A stretch of DNA of 64,000 bases. Origin: Squalus acanthias. Taxonomy: Eukaryota. Shown one piece after another: positions 25,120 to 38,769 of the stretch. The position numbers and the translations under genes are program-made. The stretch spans positions 186,001 to 250,000 of the forward strand of contig JASTWF010000277.1 of NCBI GenBank assembly GCA_030390025.1, in the 5' to 3' direction. The notes below the pieces were generated by a model. It saw nothing but the letters and a program-made list of their open reading frames with translations, was not told the DNA's origin and searched no databases. The first letter of the stretch is position 1, and each line of letters begins with the position of its first letter.

Positions 25120-28100
25120 ATTGGAAACAGTTTCTCTTTATTTACTCTGTCTAAATGCTTTTGAACACCTCCATCAAAGCTATTCTTATCACTCTCTGCT
25201 CTAAGGAGAATATCCCCAGCTTCTGAATCTATCCACGTAATTCTAATCCCTCAGCCTTCGAACCATTATGGTAAATCTCTTCTGTAGCCTCTACAAAGTC
25301 TTAACCTACTTTTTAAAGCGCAGAGACCAGAATTGGACACAATACTCCAGCTGGGGCCGGTATAGCGTATTTCACAGGTTCAGCATAACTTCCTGGCTCT
25401 TGTACTCTGTGCCTCTATTTAAAAAGTCCAGGATCCTGTCTGCTTTATTAACTGCTTGTTAACCTTTCCTGCCACATTCAACAACTTGTGCACAAACACC
25501 TCCAGGTCTCTCTGTTCTTACACCCAATTTATAATTGTAATATTTAACTTCTGCTGTCTCTCCTCATTCTTCCTTCCAAAATGTATCACCTCACAACATT
25601 CTGCGTTGATTTACATCTGCCACGTATACTCCCATCCCACTAGCCTCTCGATTTCCACTTGAAGTTTATCACTAGCTGTCTCAGTGGTCACTACACTTCA
25701 AAATTTCGTGTCATCTGCAAATTTCGAAAATGAGCCCTTTACCCAAAAGACCAAATCATTAATGTTTATCAAAGCAGCAGTGGTTTTGTACTGAACCTCG
25801 GGAAACACCACGGTAAACCTCCCTGCAGTCAGAAAGACAGCGTCTCACCACAACTCTCTGTTTTTATCTACAAGCCAATTTTATATCCATGCTACTACAG
25901 CCCCTTTTATCCCATGTGCTTCAATTTTGCTAGCAAGCCTAGTATGTGACAATTCATCAAACACCTTTTGAAAGTCCATATACAAAACACCAACCGCACT
26001 GCCCTCATCCACCCTCTCTATTAACTGAACAGCAAACTCAATCACGTCAGGCAAACATGATTTGCCCTTAACAAATCTGCGCTGATTCTCCTTTATTAGG
26101 CCATACTTTTCCCAGTGGCTGTTAATTTTCACACAGATTATTGTTTCAAAAAGCGAGGCCACCACCGACATTAAACTGACTGGTCTGTAATTGCCAGGTT
26201 CTTCCTTCTACCCTTTCTTGAACAAGGATCTTACATTTGCAACCCTCCAGTCCTTTGGCACCACCCCTGTCTCTAAGGAGGATTGAATGATTGTGGCCAA
26301 AACCTTCCCGAATTTTCTACCCTTACATCCCTCAGCATCCTACGCTGAATCCCATCCGGATCGGGTGACTCTTCCACTTTAATGACCACCAGCCTTTCAA
26401 GTACCTCATCGTTATCTATTTTTATGTCAACTAGTATCCCGACAACCTCCTCGTTTAGCACAGCATTGGCAAAGTCCTCTTCCTTGGTAAATACTGACAC
26501 AAAGTATTCATTTGCTACCTCAGTCAGGCCTTCTGCCTTCACCAATAGATCTCCATTTTGTTCTTTAATCGGCCCCACCGCTCCTCAGACAACCCTTTTA
26601 CTGTTAATATGCCAATAGAAGACCTTTGGATTCATCTTTATGTTCGTCGCCAATCTATTCTTGTACTGTCTTTTATTTATTTTTTCACTTCCTCTCTGAA
26701 CTTTCTATATTCAGCCAGATTCGCCCTTATATTATCAAGCTGACATCTGTCACATACTCCCCCTTTTCTGCTTCATCCGACTTTCCAACTCCTTCAACAT
26801 CCAGGGAGCTCTCTATTGGTTGCCCGCCCTTTCTCCCTTGTGGGAATGTACCTGGCCAATACCCGGACCATCTACTATATACAGGCCGCACACTGCTACA
26901 TTACATAGATACATAGAAGATAGGAGCAGGAGTAGGCCATCCGGCCCTTCGAGCCTGCTCCGCCATTTAATGAGATCTTGGCTGATCCTTCAATTCAGTA
27001 TCCCGTCCCCGCCTTCTCTCCGTAACCCTTAACCCCTTTTGCCTGTAGAAATATATCTAATTCCCTCTTAAATATATTTAATGAGCTGGCGTACACTGCC
27101 CTCTGTGGCAATGAGTTCCACAGGTTCACCACTCTCTGAGTGAAGAAATTCCCCCTCATTTCTGTCCTAAATGGTTTAGCCCTTATCCTTAAATTATGTC
27201 CTCTAGTTCTGTTCTCACCCGCCAAGGGAAACATTCCTTCTGCATCTAATCTGTCTAGACCTGTCAGAATTTTATACACTTCTATGAGGTCCCCTCTCAA
27301 TCTTCTAAACTCCAGTGTGTACATCCCTAAACTACATAGTCTCTCCTCATAGGTCAATCCCGCCATTCCTGGTATCAGCCTGGTGAATCGCCGCTGCACC
27401 CCCTCCATGGCAAGAACATCTTTCCTCAGATGAGGCGACCATAACTGTACACAGTACTCGAGGTGTGGTCTCACCAGTGCCCTGTACAGCTGCAGCAAGG
27501 TATCCCTGTTCCTGTATTCCAACCCTTTTGCTATGAAGGCCAGCATACCGTTTGCCTTCTTGACCGCCTGTTGCACCTGCATGCTCGCCTTCAGTGACTG
27601 GTGTACAAGAACACCCAGGTCTCTCTGTACTTCCCCCTCTCCCAATTTATTGCCATTTAAATAATAATTTGCCCTCCCGTTCCTGCACCCAAGGTGGATA
27701 ACTTCGCACTTGTCCACATTATAGTGCATCTGCCATTTATCCGCCCAATCACCCAGTCTGTCCAAATCGCTCTGGAGCTTCCTGGTCTCCTCCTCTGAGC
27801 CCACCCCCCCTCCTAGTTTAGTGTCGTCTGCAAATTTGGAAATGCTGCATTCGACTCCCTGATCCAGGTCATTAATATAAATTGTGAACAGCTGGGGACC
27901 CAGGACAGATCCCTGTGGTTCCCCACTTGTTACTGCCTGCCATTCAGAAAATGAGCCGTTTATTCCAACTCTCTGTTTTCTATCTGACAGCCAGTTCTCT
28001 ATCCACGTCAATACTTTCCCCTTTATCCCATGAGCTTCAATTTTCCATGCTAATCTTTTATGTGGGACCTTATCGAAGGCCTTTTGGAAGTCCAGGTACA

Positions 28101-29770
28101 CCACATCTACTGGCTCTCCCCCATCTATTTTACCAGTTACTCCCTCAAAAAATTCCAATAGATTAGTCAAGCACGATTTACCCTTTGTAAATCCATGTTG
28201 ACTCTGTCCTATCCTGTCCCCATTTGCTAAGTGCTCGGCTATTTCATCCTTAATGATGGACTCCAGCATTTTGCCCACAACTGATGTAAGGCTTACAGGT
28301 CTGTAATTACCTGCTTTTTCCCTACCCCCCTTTTTGAATAGTGGGGTAACGTTAGCTACCCTCCAATCCATGGGCACTGTTCCCGAGTCTAATGAATTCT
28401 GAAAAATCATGCTTAGTGCATCCGCTATCTCTAGGGCCACCTCCTTCAGTACCCTAGGATGCATGTTATCAGGCCCTGGGGATTTGTCCGCCTTCAATCC
28501 CTTTAGCTTCCTTAACATTTCTGCTTGCAAGACCTTGACACCAAGTGAACCGGGAGAGAACCCTCCTCAATTCGCTGAAAGTGGCTCTCCTACACTGAAG
28601 TATTTTTCTCTAGAATGATCCTTGTCCTTCTCCATAACTAAACAAAAGCTTCGGATACTATGATGGCTATTTCGAGATGTTCCCCTATTCTGGCATTCTC
28701 CAGTTGACCCATTCCATATCCCAGGACTAGATCCAGCAGAGCTTCCGTCCTCGTTGTGCAAGCAACATACTGATTATTTACTGCTAAACACATTTCAGAA
28801 ATTCCTCCCCTTCTCTGTCCTTAACTAAATCACTACTCTATTCAATGTGGTATTTAATGTCTCACATTGACGCTGATCTATAGTTCATGCACCTCTCAGT
28901 AATTTACCCGCAAATCTGCTCCTCTATCTCCATCCCACTATTTGGCCCATAAAATACACCAAGTGGCGTATTAGCTCCTCCATTGTTTCTCAACTCCAAC
29001 CAAATAGATTCTGCCTTTCAGCTTCAAGGACAGTCTGTCGTTCTAGCATTGGAATATTTTCCTTATTCATAAATGCGACCTCTCCTACATTTTTTTCTTT
29101 CCCATATCATTACTCTATACCTTTTACACAGGAATATTAAGCATTCAATCCTCCGCTTTTTGAGCCAGCACTCCAAACCTATCTTAGGCCTCTTTGTATT
29201 TTCTATGGTCTCACCTAAATCTCTAATATTTATATATCGAAATCTCTCTCCCAGTCCTCTGTTCACCTTCTTTCTACTTTTTACTACTACAGCTTGTTGC
29301 CCAACTCTCTGCCGAATTCGTGTAAATCCTCTCCACATCAGTAGTTATCCTGCCCGCAGGAGATTGGTACCGGCTCAGTTCAGGTACAACTTTCCCATCT
29401 TGAACAGGTTCCTCCTGCCACAGAACTGGTCGAAATGCCCCAGAATTCTGAAGTCCTCCCTCCTGCGCCATGTATCTAACCACGCATTAACCTGCCATAT
29501 CCTCCGAATTCTAGTCCCATTAGTGCGTTGCACTGGGAGTAATCCAGGAAGTAATTTCCTCCCCAGTCTCGATCCTTTTCATCTGTATTTCGTTGATTCT
29601 AACGTGAACCAGGATTCTGGCCATTCCTCATCCCCCCGCCAAATTTTCTGCACCCTCTCGGTGCTGTCCCTTACCGTGCACCAGGGAGGCAAAATATCAT
29701 ATCGGTCTCAACTCTGCGGTAGCAGAACTGCCTGTCTGTCCACCTGACTATCGAATTCCCAATTACTAGC
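25120..29770 (-). mobile_element. Old near-full-length decayed CR1, host to a young CR1 insertion
   Basis: RT fragments (FVKGKSCL, YFVSVFTKE), endonuclease remnants at 28550-29100 and SGNH ORF1 remnant at 29330-29760. Confidence 0.8.
26900..28517 (-). mobile_element. Young 5'-truncated CR1 with an open 511-aa RT frame
   Basis: Near-identical to 49157-50772; candidate TSD ACATT at 26898-26902 and 28515-28519. Confidence 0.93.
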
Positions 29771-29914
29771 TGGTACCGATGGAATTGATTGAATGGTTTC
29801 AAGGTTTGAAGGGTGGAAATTACACGGTATTACCCAGTAGTAAAAAGTATTTGCAGAACAGAAACAGGTCATTCGACTCAACAGATCCATGTTGTGTTTA
29901 TGCCCACATGAGTC

Positions 29915-30196
29915 CAAAAATGTGTGGGTTAGGTTGATTTGGCTATGATAAATTGACCCTTAGTGTTAGGGGGGATTAAATATATGGGGATAGGATGGGA
30001 TATGTTAGGGGGAATTAAATACGTGGGGTTACAGGGGTAGGGTGGGATATGTGTACTGTGGGGATTAAAGCAGGGACAGTGTACTGGATTTGGATGATCA
30101 GCCATGATCGTATTGAATGGCGGAGCAGGCTCGACGGGCCGAATGGCCTACTCCTGCTCCTAGATTCTATGTTTCTATGTTTCTATGTTTCTATGA
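29915..30196 (+). mobile_element. V-SINE (HE1-like) central domain joined to a CR1 3' tail
   Basis: ATGTGTGGGTTAGGTTGATTTGGCTATGATAAATTGACCCTTAGTG followed by a CR1 3' UTR and (TTCTATGT)3. Confidence 0.6.
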
Positions 30197-30199
30197 GCG

Positions 30200-31270
30200 A
30201 ACTCCCAGCCCTCTTTATCTCAACCCATCAGAATAGCGGTCGATTCCTTTGTCCTTCATTAACTTTCCTAGCTTTCACTTGATGCCATCTACGCTCTTCG
30301 CCTCAACGACTCACCGTGGTAAGGATTTTCACATTGTAACTATTCTTTGTTTAAAGACCTTGCTCCTGAATTCCCTGTTGGATTTAATAGTGACTCTCTT
30401 ATATGTGTGGCCCCTAATTCTGGTCTCGCCCGCAAGTGGAAACATCGTCTCTACGTCTCTCACAGGAACAGAGGAACAGCAGCAGCCCATTGAGCCCCTC
30501 GAGACTGGTCCGCCATTCAATGAGATCATGGCCGTTCTGTGGCGTAACTTCATATACACGCTTATGTCCCGTGTCTCTTGATATCTTTGGTTCACAGAAA
30601 TATATCAATCTCAGGTTTAAAATTAACAATTGACCCAGAATTAACTGACATTTGTGGAAGAGAGTTTCAAACTTCTACCACCCTTTGTGTGTAGAAGTGT
30701 TTCCTAACTTCACTCCTGAAATGCCTGGCTATAATATTTAGACTATGGCCCCCAGTCCTAGAATCAACAACAAGTGGATTCACTTTCTCTCTCTGTGCCC
30801 TTTCTGTTCCCTTTAATATTTTGAAAAATTCTATCAAATAAACCTGTAATCTGCTAAATCCCAGGGAATGCCACCCTAGGTTGTGTAATCTCTCCTGGTA
30901 CTGGAACACTTGGAGTTACGGTTTCAGTCCAGTAAATCTGCACTCACTCCATTAAGGCCGATATCTCCTTCCTAATGTTTGGTGCCCAGAACTGCTCCCA
31001 GTGCTCCAGGTGTTGTCTAACCAGGGCTTTGTACAGCTTTAGCATGATTTACAACACTTTGATTTCTAGTCCTCTAGATATAAAGGCCAACATTCCATTA
31101 GCCTTTTGAATATCTTCTGTACCTGTCCATGACATTTTAGTGATCTGTGTACATGAACACCTAAGTCTCTTTGGACCTCCACTGTTTTTAGATTTTCACC
31201 ATTTAGAAAAGAACCTGTTCTTTCCTTTCTAGCTCCAGAGTTGATGCCCTTATTGAAATTCATTTGACAC
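30200..31270 (-). mobile_element. Two decayed CR1 3' fragments
   Basis: MFPLAGETRIRGH, RKHFYTQRVVEV and VQRDLGVHVH motifs on the minus strand. Confidence 0.8.
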
Positions 31271-31334
31271 AGTTGTCCCGTTTCATCTTTGCCTTGCAAC
31301 CTATCGCCCTTTTTGCAAATCCTAATGTTTAAGA

Positions 31335-32525
31335 ATGTTTCAGACTTTCGATAAGGTCTCGCATAAGAGATTAGCGTGCAAAGCACACGGGATTGGGGGT
31401 AAGGTACTGATTTGGATAGAGAACTGGCTGGCAGAAAGGAAGCAAAGAGTTGGAATAAACGCTTCTTTTTCCGAGTGGCAGGCAATGAAAAGTGGGGTAC
31501 CGCAGAGATCGGTGCTAGGACCCCAGCTATTCACAATATATATTAATGATCTAGACGAGGGAACTAGATGTAATATCTCCATGTTTGCAGACAACACAAA
31601 GCTGGGCGGTGTGTGTGCTATGAGGAGGATGCAGAGAAACTCCAGTATGATTTGGACAGTTTCGGTGATTGGGCAGATGCATGGCAGATGCTGTATAACG
31701 TGGATAAATGCGAGGTTATGCACTTTGGTGGGAAAAACAGGAAGACAGATTATTATCTGAACGGCAATAGATTGGGAAAAGGGGAAGTGCAACGAGATCT
31801 GGGAGTCCTTGTGCACCAGTCGCTGAAGGTAAGCATGCAGGTGCAGCAGGCGAATATGAAGGCGAATGGTATGTTGGCCTTCATAGCGAGAAGATTCGAG
31901 TACAGGAGCAAGGATGTCTTGCTGCAGTTGTACAATGCCTTGGTGGGACCACACCTTGAGTATTGTGAGCAGTTTTGTTCGTCTTATCTGAGGAAGGATG
32001 TTCTTGCCATGGAAGGAGCGCAGCGAAGATTTACCAGACTGATACCTGGGATGGCAGGAATGACGTATGAAGAGAGATTGGGTCGATTAGGCTTATATTC
32101 GCTAGAGTTCAGAAGAATGAGAGGGGATCTCATTGAAACTTATACAATTCTGACAGGACTAGACAGACTAGATGTAGGAAGGATGTTCGCGATGGCGGGG
32201 GAGTCCAGAACCATAGGTCATAATCTAAGGATAAGGGATAAGCCATTTAGGACTGAGATGAGGAGGAATTTCTTCACCTAGAGAGTGGTGAACCTGTGGA
32301 ATTCTCTACCACAGAAGGCAGTTGAGGCCAATTCATTAAATACATTCTAGAAGGAGACAGATATATTTCTTAAGGCTAAAGGGATCAAGGGATATGGGGA
32401 GAAAGCAGGGACAGGGTACTGAATTTGGATGATCAGCCATGATCGCATTAAATGGCGGAGCAGGCTCGAGGGGGCGAAAGCCCTACTCCTGTTCATATCT
32501 TCTATGCTTCTATGCATCTTCTATG
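31335..32525 (+). mobile_element. 5'-truncated CR1 RT region with 3' tail
   Basis: FDKVSHKRL, SVLGPQLF, HLEYCEQF, RRNFFT motifs; CTATG-repeat tail. Confidence 0.9.
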
Positions 32526-33339
32526 TTTTTTATTGCAGCTTTTACAAATTGTTCTCTCACTTTCAGAGATATGCCTGTGCACTCCTGACACGTATTGTTA
32601 GAAGTGATGATGGAATTATCAAGAGGAAATGTTTTACGCAGATACTTACGGTTGGTGAAAATAAGCCAGGCTTTGTAATTGCTCTGCAGAATTATCCAGG
32701 TGTAATAAGTAATTGTGACAGAGGACACCGAGGCCATATATGTCTTAATGGGATCCAGCCAGGTCTGGTGAATGATGACTAAACGTCGACATTGGAGGTC
32801 AGCTCTTGTTTCCGTTTGACGCCCTGTGATTGGTCCTCTCACTTTCTGAATCAGAGATCAGATTTGGCCACGGACTCCATATCTCGCTGTTACAAGGCTG
32901 CTGACAGCTGGTTCCACACAAGTGGCCACATTTCAAGTGTGAACATGGACGAAATCGAATCAGTCGCCCTTGTACACCGCGCCCGAATTCAATGATGTCG
33001 AAGATTGGGCGCGATATTAAAGGGACATCTAATTTGAAATCGCAATGTTTACACAATCGCTCAGTTAAAATTATAAACATCTTTTTGCTGAAGGGAGAGA
33101 CAAAAGGGGTAAGGATCGTTAGAATGTTGAAAATATTTCAATCTCTGGGATCAATCATTAACCGTTTATTTTGAAAAATAGTTGTTGGGAAAAAATGCGA
33201 AGAGGACATTGATCAAAACTAAGATTCATATCGAGATTTACAGTGAAATGACGTCACAATGCAAATCACAGAAGCGTCATCGAACAGAAGCGGAAGCTGC
33301 AACAAAACTCAAAGTAAACATTCGGCGGGGCGACTGAAC

Positions 33340-34575
33340 ATTTTGCTGGAGGGCCGGGTTTTAGGGAGGATCTCAAAGGAGGAAAGAAGATGGACAGTCG
33401 AAAGGTTTAGATAGGGAAATCCAGAGCATGGGACTTGGGCGGCTGCAGACAGGGTGGGCAATGTTAAGGCGACAGTGAAGCATGGATAGGTAGCAGATAT
33501 TTGGGTGGTTGAGTCTTAAGGCTGGAGGAGGTAACAGACAGAGGCAGCAGCAAGGACATGATGAATATTTTACATTGGAGGTGGCGCGCGACAGCAACAT
33601 TGGGTAAGCGGGACTTTGGAAAAGTGCAGCAGAGGTTTAAATGTGTTCAGGTTTGCTGCGCTTGGGGAATGCCAGCCATGAGTTTTTTGGAATAGCAGGG
33701 ACTGAAGGTGGAAAAGGCACAGATGAGGGTTCAGTAGCAGATGGGCTGAGACAGGGAGGCAGCAGGGCAATGCTGCAGAGGAGGAAGTGAAGGAAACGTT
33801 ATACTGTCACAGGCTCGCCTAGAAATACGATAGACCACGAAACTGTGAACATCCGGGTTCAACCACAGACAGAGGTTGGACAATACAAGTTGCCTCAGGG
33901 GCCAGGGCACAGTGTTTGGGAAAAGGGGAGAAGACGATGGTCCCGGATTTCCCAATAATTAACGAAGAATTTGCGGTTCATCCAGCGCTGTAAAATCCTC
34001 CGATAATCTGACAGCACAGCGGCAGTGGGGAGATCGAGAGAGGTGGTGGAGACGTAGAGATTGGTGTCGTCAGCGTACTTGTGGAAGATGACTCCTTGTG
34101 TCCAGATGATGTTGCCAAAGGAGAGCATGTAGATGAGCAATCCGAGAGAGCAGAGGATTTATCTGAGGGAGAAACTAGACCAAAATGTGCGGGACAGGCA
34201 AATAAGCCGTTGCTGGAGATGCTCTGGCATTGATTTGATAGGTGTGACTGGAACCAGTCGAGAGCAGTCCAACTGGATTGGACACTGAAGGAGAGGCTTT
34301 GGAGGAGGAAGGTGTGGTTGGCTGCGTCAAAGGCCGCAGACTGGTGGAGGAGTACAAGAGAAACACGGTCAACGGGGATGTCAGCTGTAGTCATGGCTCC
34401 TTCACTGCTGTGGCAGGGGCGGGAATCTGATTGGAAACTTCAAACATGGAGTTTCTGTCAAAATTGGCACGGAATTGGGAGGTGACAAAACAGTCATGGT
34501 GTTTGGTGAGAGAAAACAGGTTGGAAATGAAGCGGTTGTTTCCAAGACCAGAGCGGGTTCAGGGTGGCTTTTCTG
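33340..34575 (-). mobile_element. Decayed L2 LINE RT fragment
   Basis: SAAFDAANHTFLL, ALDWFQSHLS, IYMLSFGNII...FHKYADDTNLY are L2-type RT motifs. Confidence 0.8.
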
Positions 34576-34689
34576 ATCCTGAGAAATTTATTTTCCAATA
34601 ATGTTATGAAGACTTGAAAGTAAAGTGGAGCTGAAGCCGCATGAACTAAAATCGATAATGAATATTGTGAACGAACAGAATCGGTGACC

Positions 34690-36078
34690 CTAGAAAATCC
34701 AATCCGGCCAATTAGCGCCTCATCAGACAGCTCTCAATCATCAGCAACGAGCTGGAATGTATCGCCGACAATGCTATTAAGCGGCATTTACTCACCAATA
34801 ATCTGCTCACCGATGCCTAGTTTGGGTTCCACAAGTAGCAGTCGTCTCCACCCTCATTACAGCCTCGTCTAAACATGGACCAAAGAGCTGAATTCCAGGG
34901 GTGAGATAAGAATGACTCTCCTTTACATTAAGTCAGCATTTGAGCGAGGGTAGCACCAAGGAGTCCGAGTTAAATCGAGGTCAATGAGAATCAGGGGTTA
35001 ATTCTACACTGGCTGTAGTCATACCTAGCATATAGGAAGATGTTTGTGGTTGTTGGTGGTCGGTCATCTCAGGCCCAGGGCATCGCTGTAGGAGATCCTC
35101 ATGGCAGTGTCCTAGACCCGAACACCTTCAGCTGCTTCATCAACGACCTTCTCTTGATGATAAGGTCAGAAGTTCGCTGGCGATTGCACATTATTCAGTT
35201 CCATTCGCAATTCCTCAAATAATGAATCAGTCCATGCCCGCATGCAGCAAGCAGGGGACAACATCGAGGCTGCTCCGATAATTGGCAAGTAACATTATCG
35301 CCACACAAGTGCCCAACAATGATGATCTAAAACAGGATAGAGTGCAGCCAGCTCCCGTTGACATCCAATGGCAGTAACATCGTCGAATCCCCCACGATCA
35401 ACATGCTGGGGCTTACCAATTACCAAAAACCTAACTGGATGAGCCACCTAAATATTGTGGCTACAGGAGCACGTAAGCGGCTGGGTATTCTGCGGCGAGT
35501 GTCTCACCTCCTGACTCCCCAAAGTCTTACCATCAGCTACATGGCAAAAGTAAGGAATGTGATGGAATACTCTCCACTTGCCTGGATGAGTGCAGATCCG
35601 ACAAAACTCAAAAAGCTCGCCACCATCCAGGACAAAGCAGCCCGCTTGATTTGCACCCCATCCACCACCTTAAACATTCACTCCCTCCACCACCGGCGCA
35701 CTGTGGCTGCTGTGTGTACAATCTACAAGATGCACTGCAGCAACTCCCCAAGGCTTCTTCGACAGCACAACCCAAACCCGCGAAATCTAACACCTAGAAG
35801 GACAAGGGCAGCAGGCGCATTGGAACACCATCACCTCCAATTCCCCTCCAAGTCAAACACCATCCTGACTTGGAAATATATCGCAGTTCCTTCAGCGTCT
35901 CTGGATCAAAAATCTGGAACACCCTCCCTAACAGCACTGTGGGAGGACCATCACCACACGGACTGCAGCGGCTGAAGAATGCGGCTCACTATCACCTTCT
36001 CAGGAGCTGTTAGTGATGGGCAATAAATGCTGGCCTTTCCAGCGACGCCCAAATCACATGAATGAATTCATTAAAAAA
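34690..36078 (+). mobile_element. LINE of the same family as 655-2030
   Basis: LGILRRVSHLLTPQS, MEYSPLAWMSA; tail GATGGGCAATAAATGCTGGCC...GAATGAAT. Confidence 0.85.
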
Positions 36079-36079
36079 A

Positions 36080-36935
36080 ACTCTTGTTATTTTCTTAAAT
36101 ACGTTTATTAGATCATCTCTCAATCTTCTATACTCAAGGAAATAAATGTCTAGTCTATTCAATCTGACCTCATTATTTAATCTTTTCTGTCCCAGTATCG
36201 ATCTTGTGAATATGCACTGCACTCCTTCCAGAGGTGCGGTGCCTAGAACTGAACGCAATACTCTAAATGGGCTCTAACCAGAGCTTTATATAATTGTAAC
36301 ATCACTGCCACCCTTTTGTATTCCTGCCCAATTGAGATAATGGCTAACTTTCATTTAGCTTTTTAAATTATTTTTGTACCTATCTTTTTGTATTTTTTAG
36401 TAATTTCTGAACTTAGGCGCCTAATAGTTTTTACTTTTCAATAGTTGCTATCTTCTCGCAGTTTAGAAAATACTCTGTTCTTCACCTCACATTGCTCCAT
36501 ATTGTACTCCATCTGTGACAGCTATTTCCACGCTCTTAATCTGACAATGTCCCTTTTCAACTTTATGCTCCGAACTACATTATTTACTGAGCCACCTAAT
36601 TTTAGCTAATTAATTTATAAATATTGTGAAAATCTGAGGCCGCAGTAGAGATCCCTGGCGGACATCACTAGACCCATCGTGCCAATGGAGTACATACCCA
36701 AAATCCTTAGTCTCTGTCTCCTACATTCTGATAAATTACAAAACCATGATAATAGGTTGCCTCCAGTTAAATGTGCTCTCATTTTTATTAACGGCCTCTT
36801 CTGTGTAACAGTATCGAATGCCTTCTGGGAAAACATAAGTTACATCGATAGACACGATCTTGTGAACGGCATTATTTAACCCTTCAAAAAAATCAACAAG
36901 GTTCGTTTGACAGGATTTATCCTATATAAATCCAA
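36080..36935 (-). mobile_element. Old CR1 remnant
   Basis: LEYRRLRDDLI and QKAFDTV motifs on the minus strand. Confidence 0.7.
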
Positions 36936-37774
36936 GCTAGGAGATGTGGCAGCGACAACTGAACAGATAGTCTCAATCTTAGCGACTGAAGACCCTGAGC
37001 TCCTCACACTTGTTTTTGGAGGTGACGGTGAGAGAGACAGCGTAGAGGGATTTAAGGAGATTGTTTGTCGTGGGATATCTTTGATCTACTGGAGTAGTGT
37101 GCCGATTTTGCAGTGTTGAGCTCGGTCTGACGGTGCTTGACGGATCTAGTGATGGAAGAACAAGGTTTGCGCCGCATACTCTGAAATCTGTGGCTCTTAG
37201 AATTGACGGAGTGAAGATGGAGCCAAACCTCGTGGAAAAAGCAAGTTGTTACTAGGGACAAGGTCATCAACGTTGGAGGCGAATGAATAAATCGAGGACA
37301 TGGAGTAGACAGTGAGAGAGATTCAAAAGTGAGAGAATCATGAGGGAGTCTTACGTGTTGGAGCTTTGTGCTTAATTAACTATCCAACCAAATTAGAGAA
37401 CTACAAGAACACCAGCACTCTCCAATATACTTCTACGAATCTGTAATACATTTATTCATAACTGAAAGCTTACAATAACTGTACAATCAAACGCACATTA
37501 TTTTATATTGCTATTAAAAACCTCTTAAATCTGGTAACAGCAATGCAGCAATACCCTGCAAACAGTGGTTCAGCAAACTACTGTGAAACCTGAGTAAAAT
37601 TTGTATTTCCCTCATGGGTGTTAAGCATCGGCTGGGCGTAGTGTAGGGAGGCAAATCTGGAAGGGGCGGATCTCACGGTTATAGCTAAAATGGAACACCA
37701 TTAATATTAATGGACAGGAAGTCAGTCGTGTTCCATAAGGAGAGTTAGATCACTGGCGCTAAAAAAAACAAATA

Positions 37775-38170
37775 CCAGGAGGTAGGATGGGCATCACTCG
37801 CAGATTGCATTTATATATACGGCCATTTGCAAACAAAAGTTTCTCTGGATAATATTGAAAGGTGTTAAATGGTAATGACAATTGGCTTGCTCGGCTCTGG
37901 ACCTCTTGTTGAGTGGGGCGCACCTTTTCCGGGGGGAGCTGCAAATATTCTACTGGTGCACCATCTTGTAGATGTTGGAGTCGTCACCGAATGTTTTGAA
38001 GGTGTCTCGATGAGTCTAAAAGGAAGGACGGCAAAATGCTAAAAAGAGCATTGTTCCAGTCGGCGGTCAGTAACGGAAAATATTGCACCACTGTAACGGA
38101 TTTTCATTGTCTGCTGACAGTTATATTTTCAGATGAAGTTATCAGCTCATGTTCATTTGTGTAAAAACCA
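37775..38170 (+). pseudogene. Putative decayed ZU5-domain coding segment
   Basis: Joined frames read GGRMGITRRLHLYIRP / MVMTIGLLGSGPLVEWGAPFPGGAANILLVHH / KYCTTVTDFHCLLTV, colinear with remembered ankyrin ZU5 motifs; by-eye similarity only. Confidence 0.35.
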
Positions 38171-38479
38171 GGAAGGACTCGCGAGCAGCAACAAGGAAAC
38201 AGGAGATTCTGGAAACAATTAGCGGCCTGAACTTTCCGGTGTACGAGGCATAAACCGCGTGTGATGAGATTGAACGCCCGCAGAACTGACATGGATGGAA
38301 TGGAAATCGGGAATGTTCACAAAGGCAGAATCCATATCGTCTGTTTTTCACCCCCCAAAAGGTGAAAGTTCCAGCGCCTACTTCCCACAGCACACAAAAT
38401 GAGTAGGGACACATGACGAGTCCAGGAGGTTTACAAAAAAATATTGTTGTAAGACATGGAGACCTCACAATTCGAGCTA

Positions 38480-38760
38480 TCTGGAGCTCCTCCCCACCCC
38501 ACCTGATATCCACAGCTCATCCTCACCCCACCTAATGTTTTCAGTTCCTCCCCACCCCAACTAATATCTTCAGCTCATCTCCGCCCACCTACTAGCTTCA
38601 GCTCCTCCCCACCCCGCCGAATTACTTCATCTTCACCCCACCCCACCTAATATCTGCACCTTCTCCCCAGGCCATCTAATATACTCATCCCCGCCCCACC
38701 CCACCTAATATAATATGGTCCTCCCCACCCCACCAATTATCTTCAGCTGATCTACACCCT
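38480..38760. repeat. About 30-bp C-rich degenerate minisatellite (AGCTCCTCCCCACCCCACCTAATATC)
   Basis: About 9 degenerate tandem copies. Confidence 0.8.
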
Positions 38761-38769
38761 TTAAGCTAC

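Noticed and set aside
32640-32690. Possible 34-nt minus-strand exon (ctgcag...gtaagt) as an IgM TM exon
   Set aside because: Translation shows no TM or CART motif and no supporting neighbouring exon
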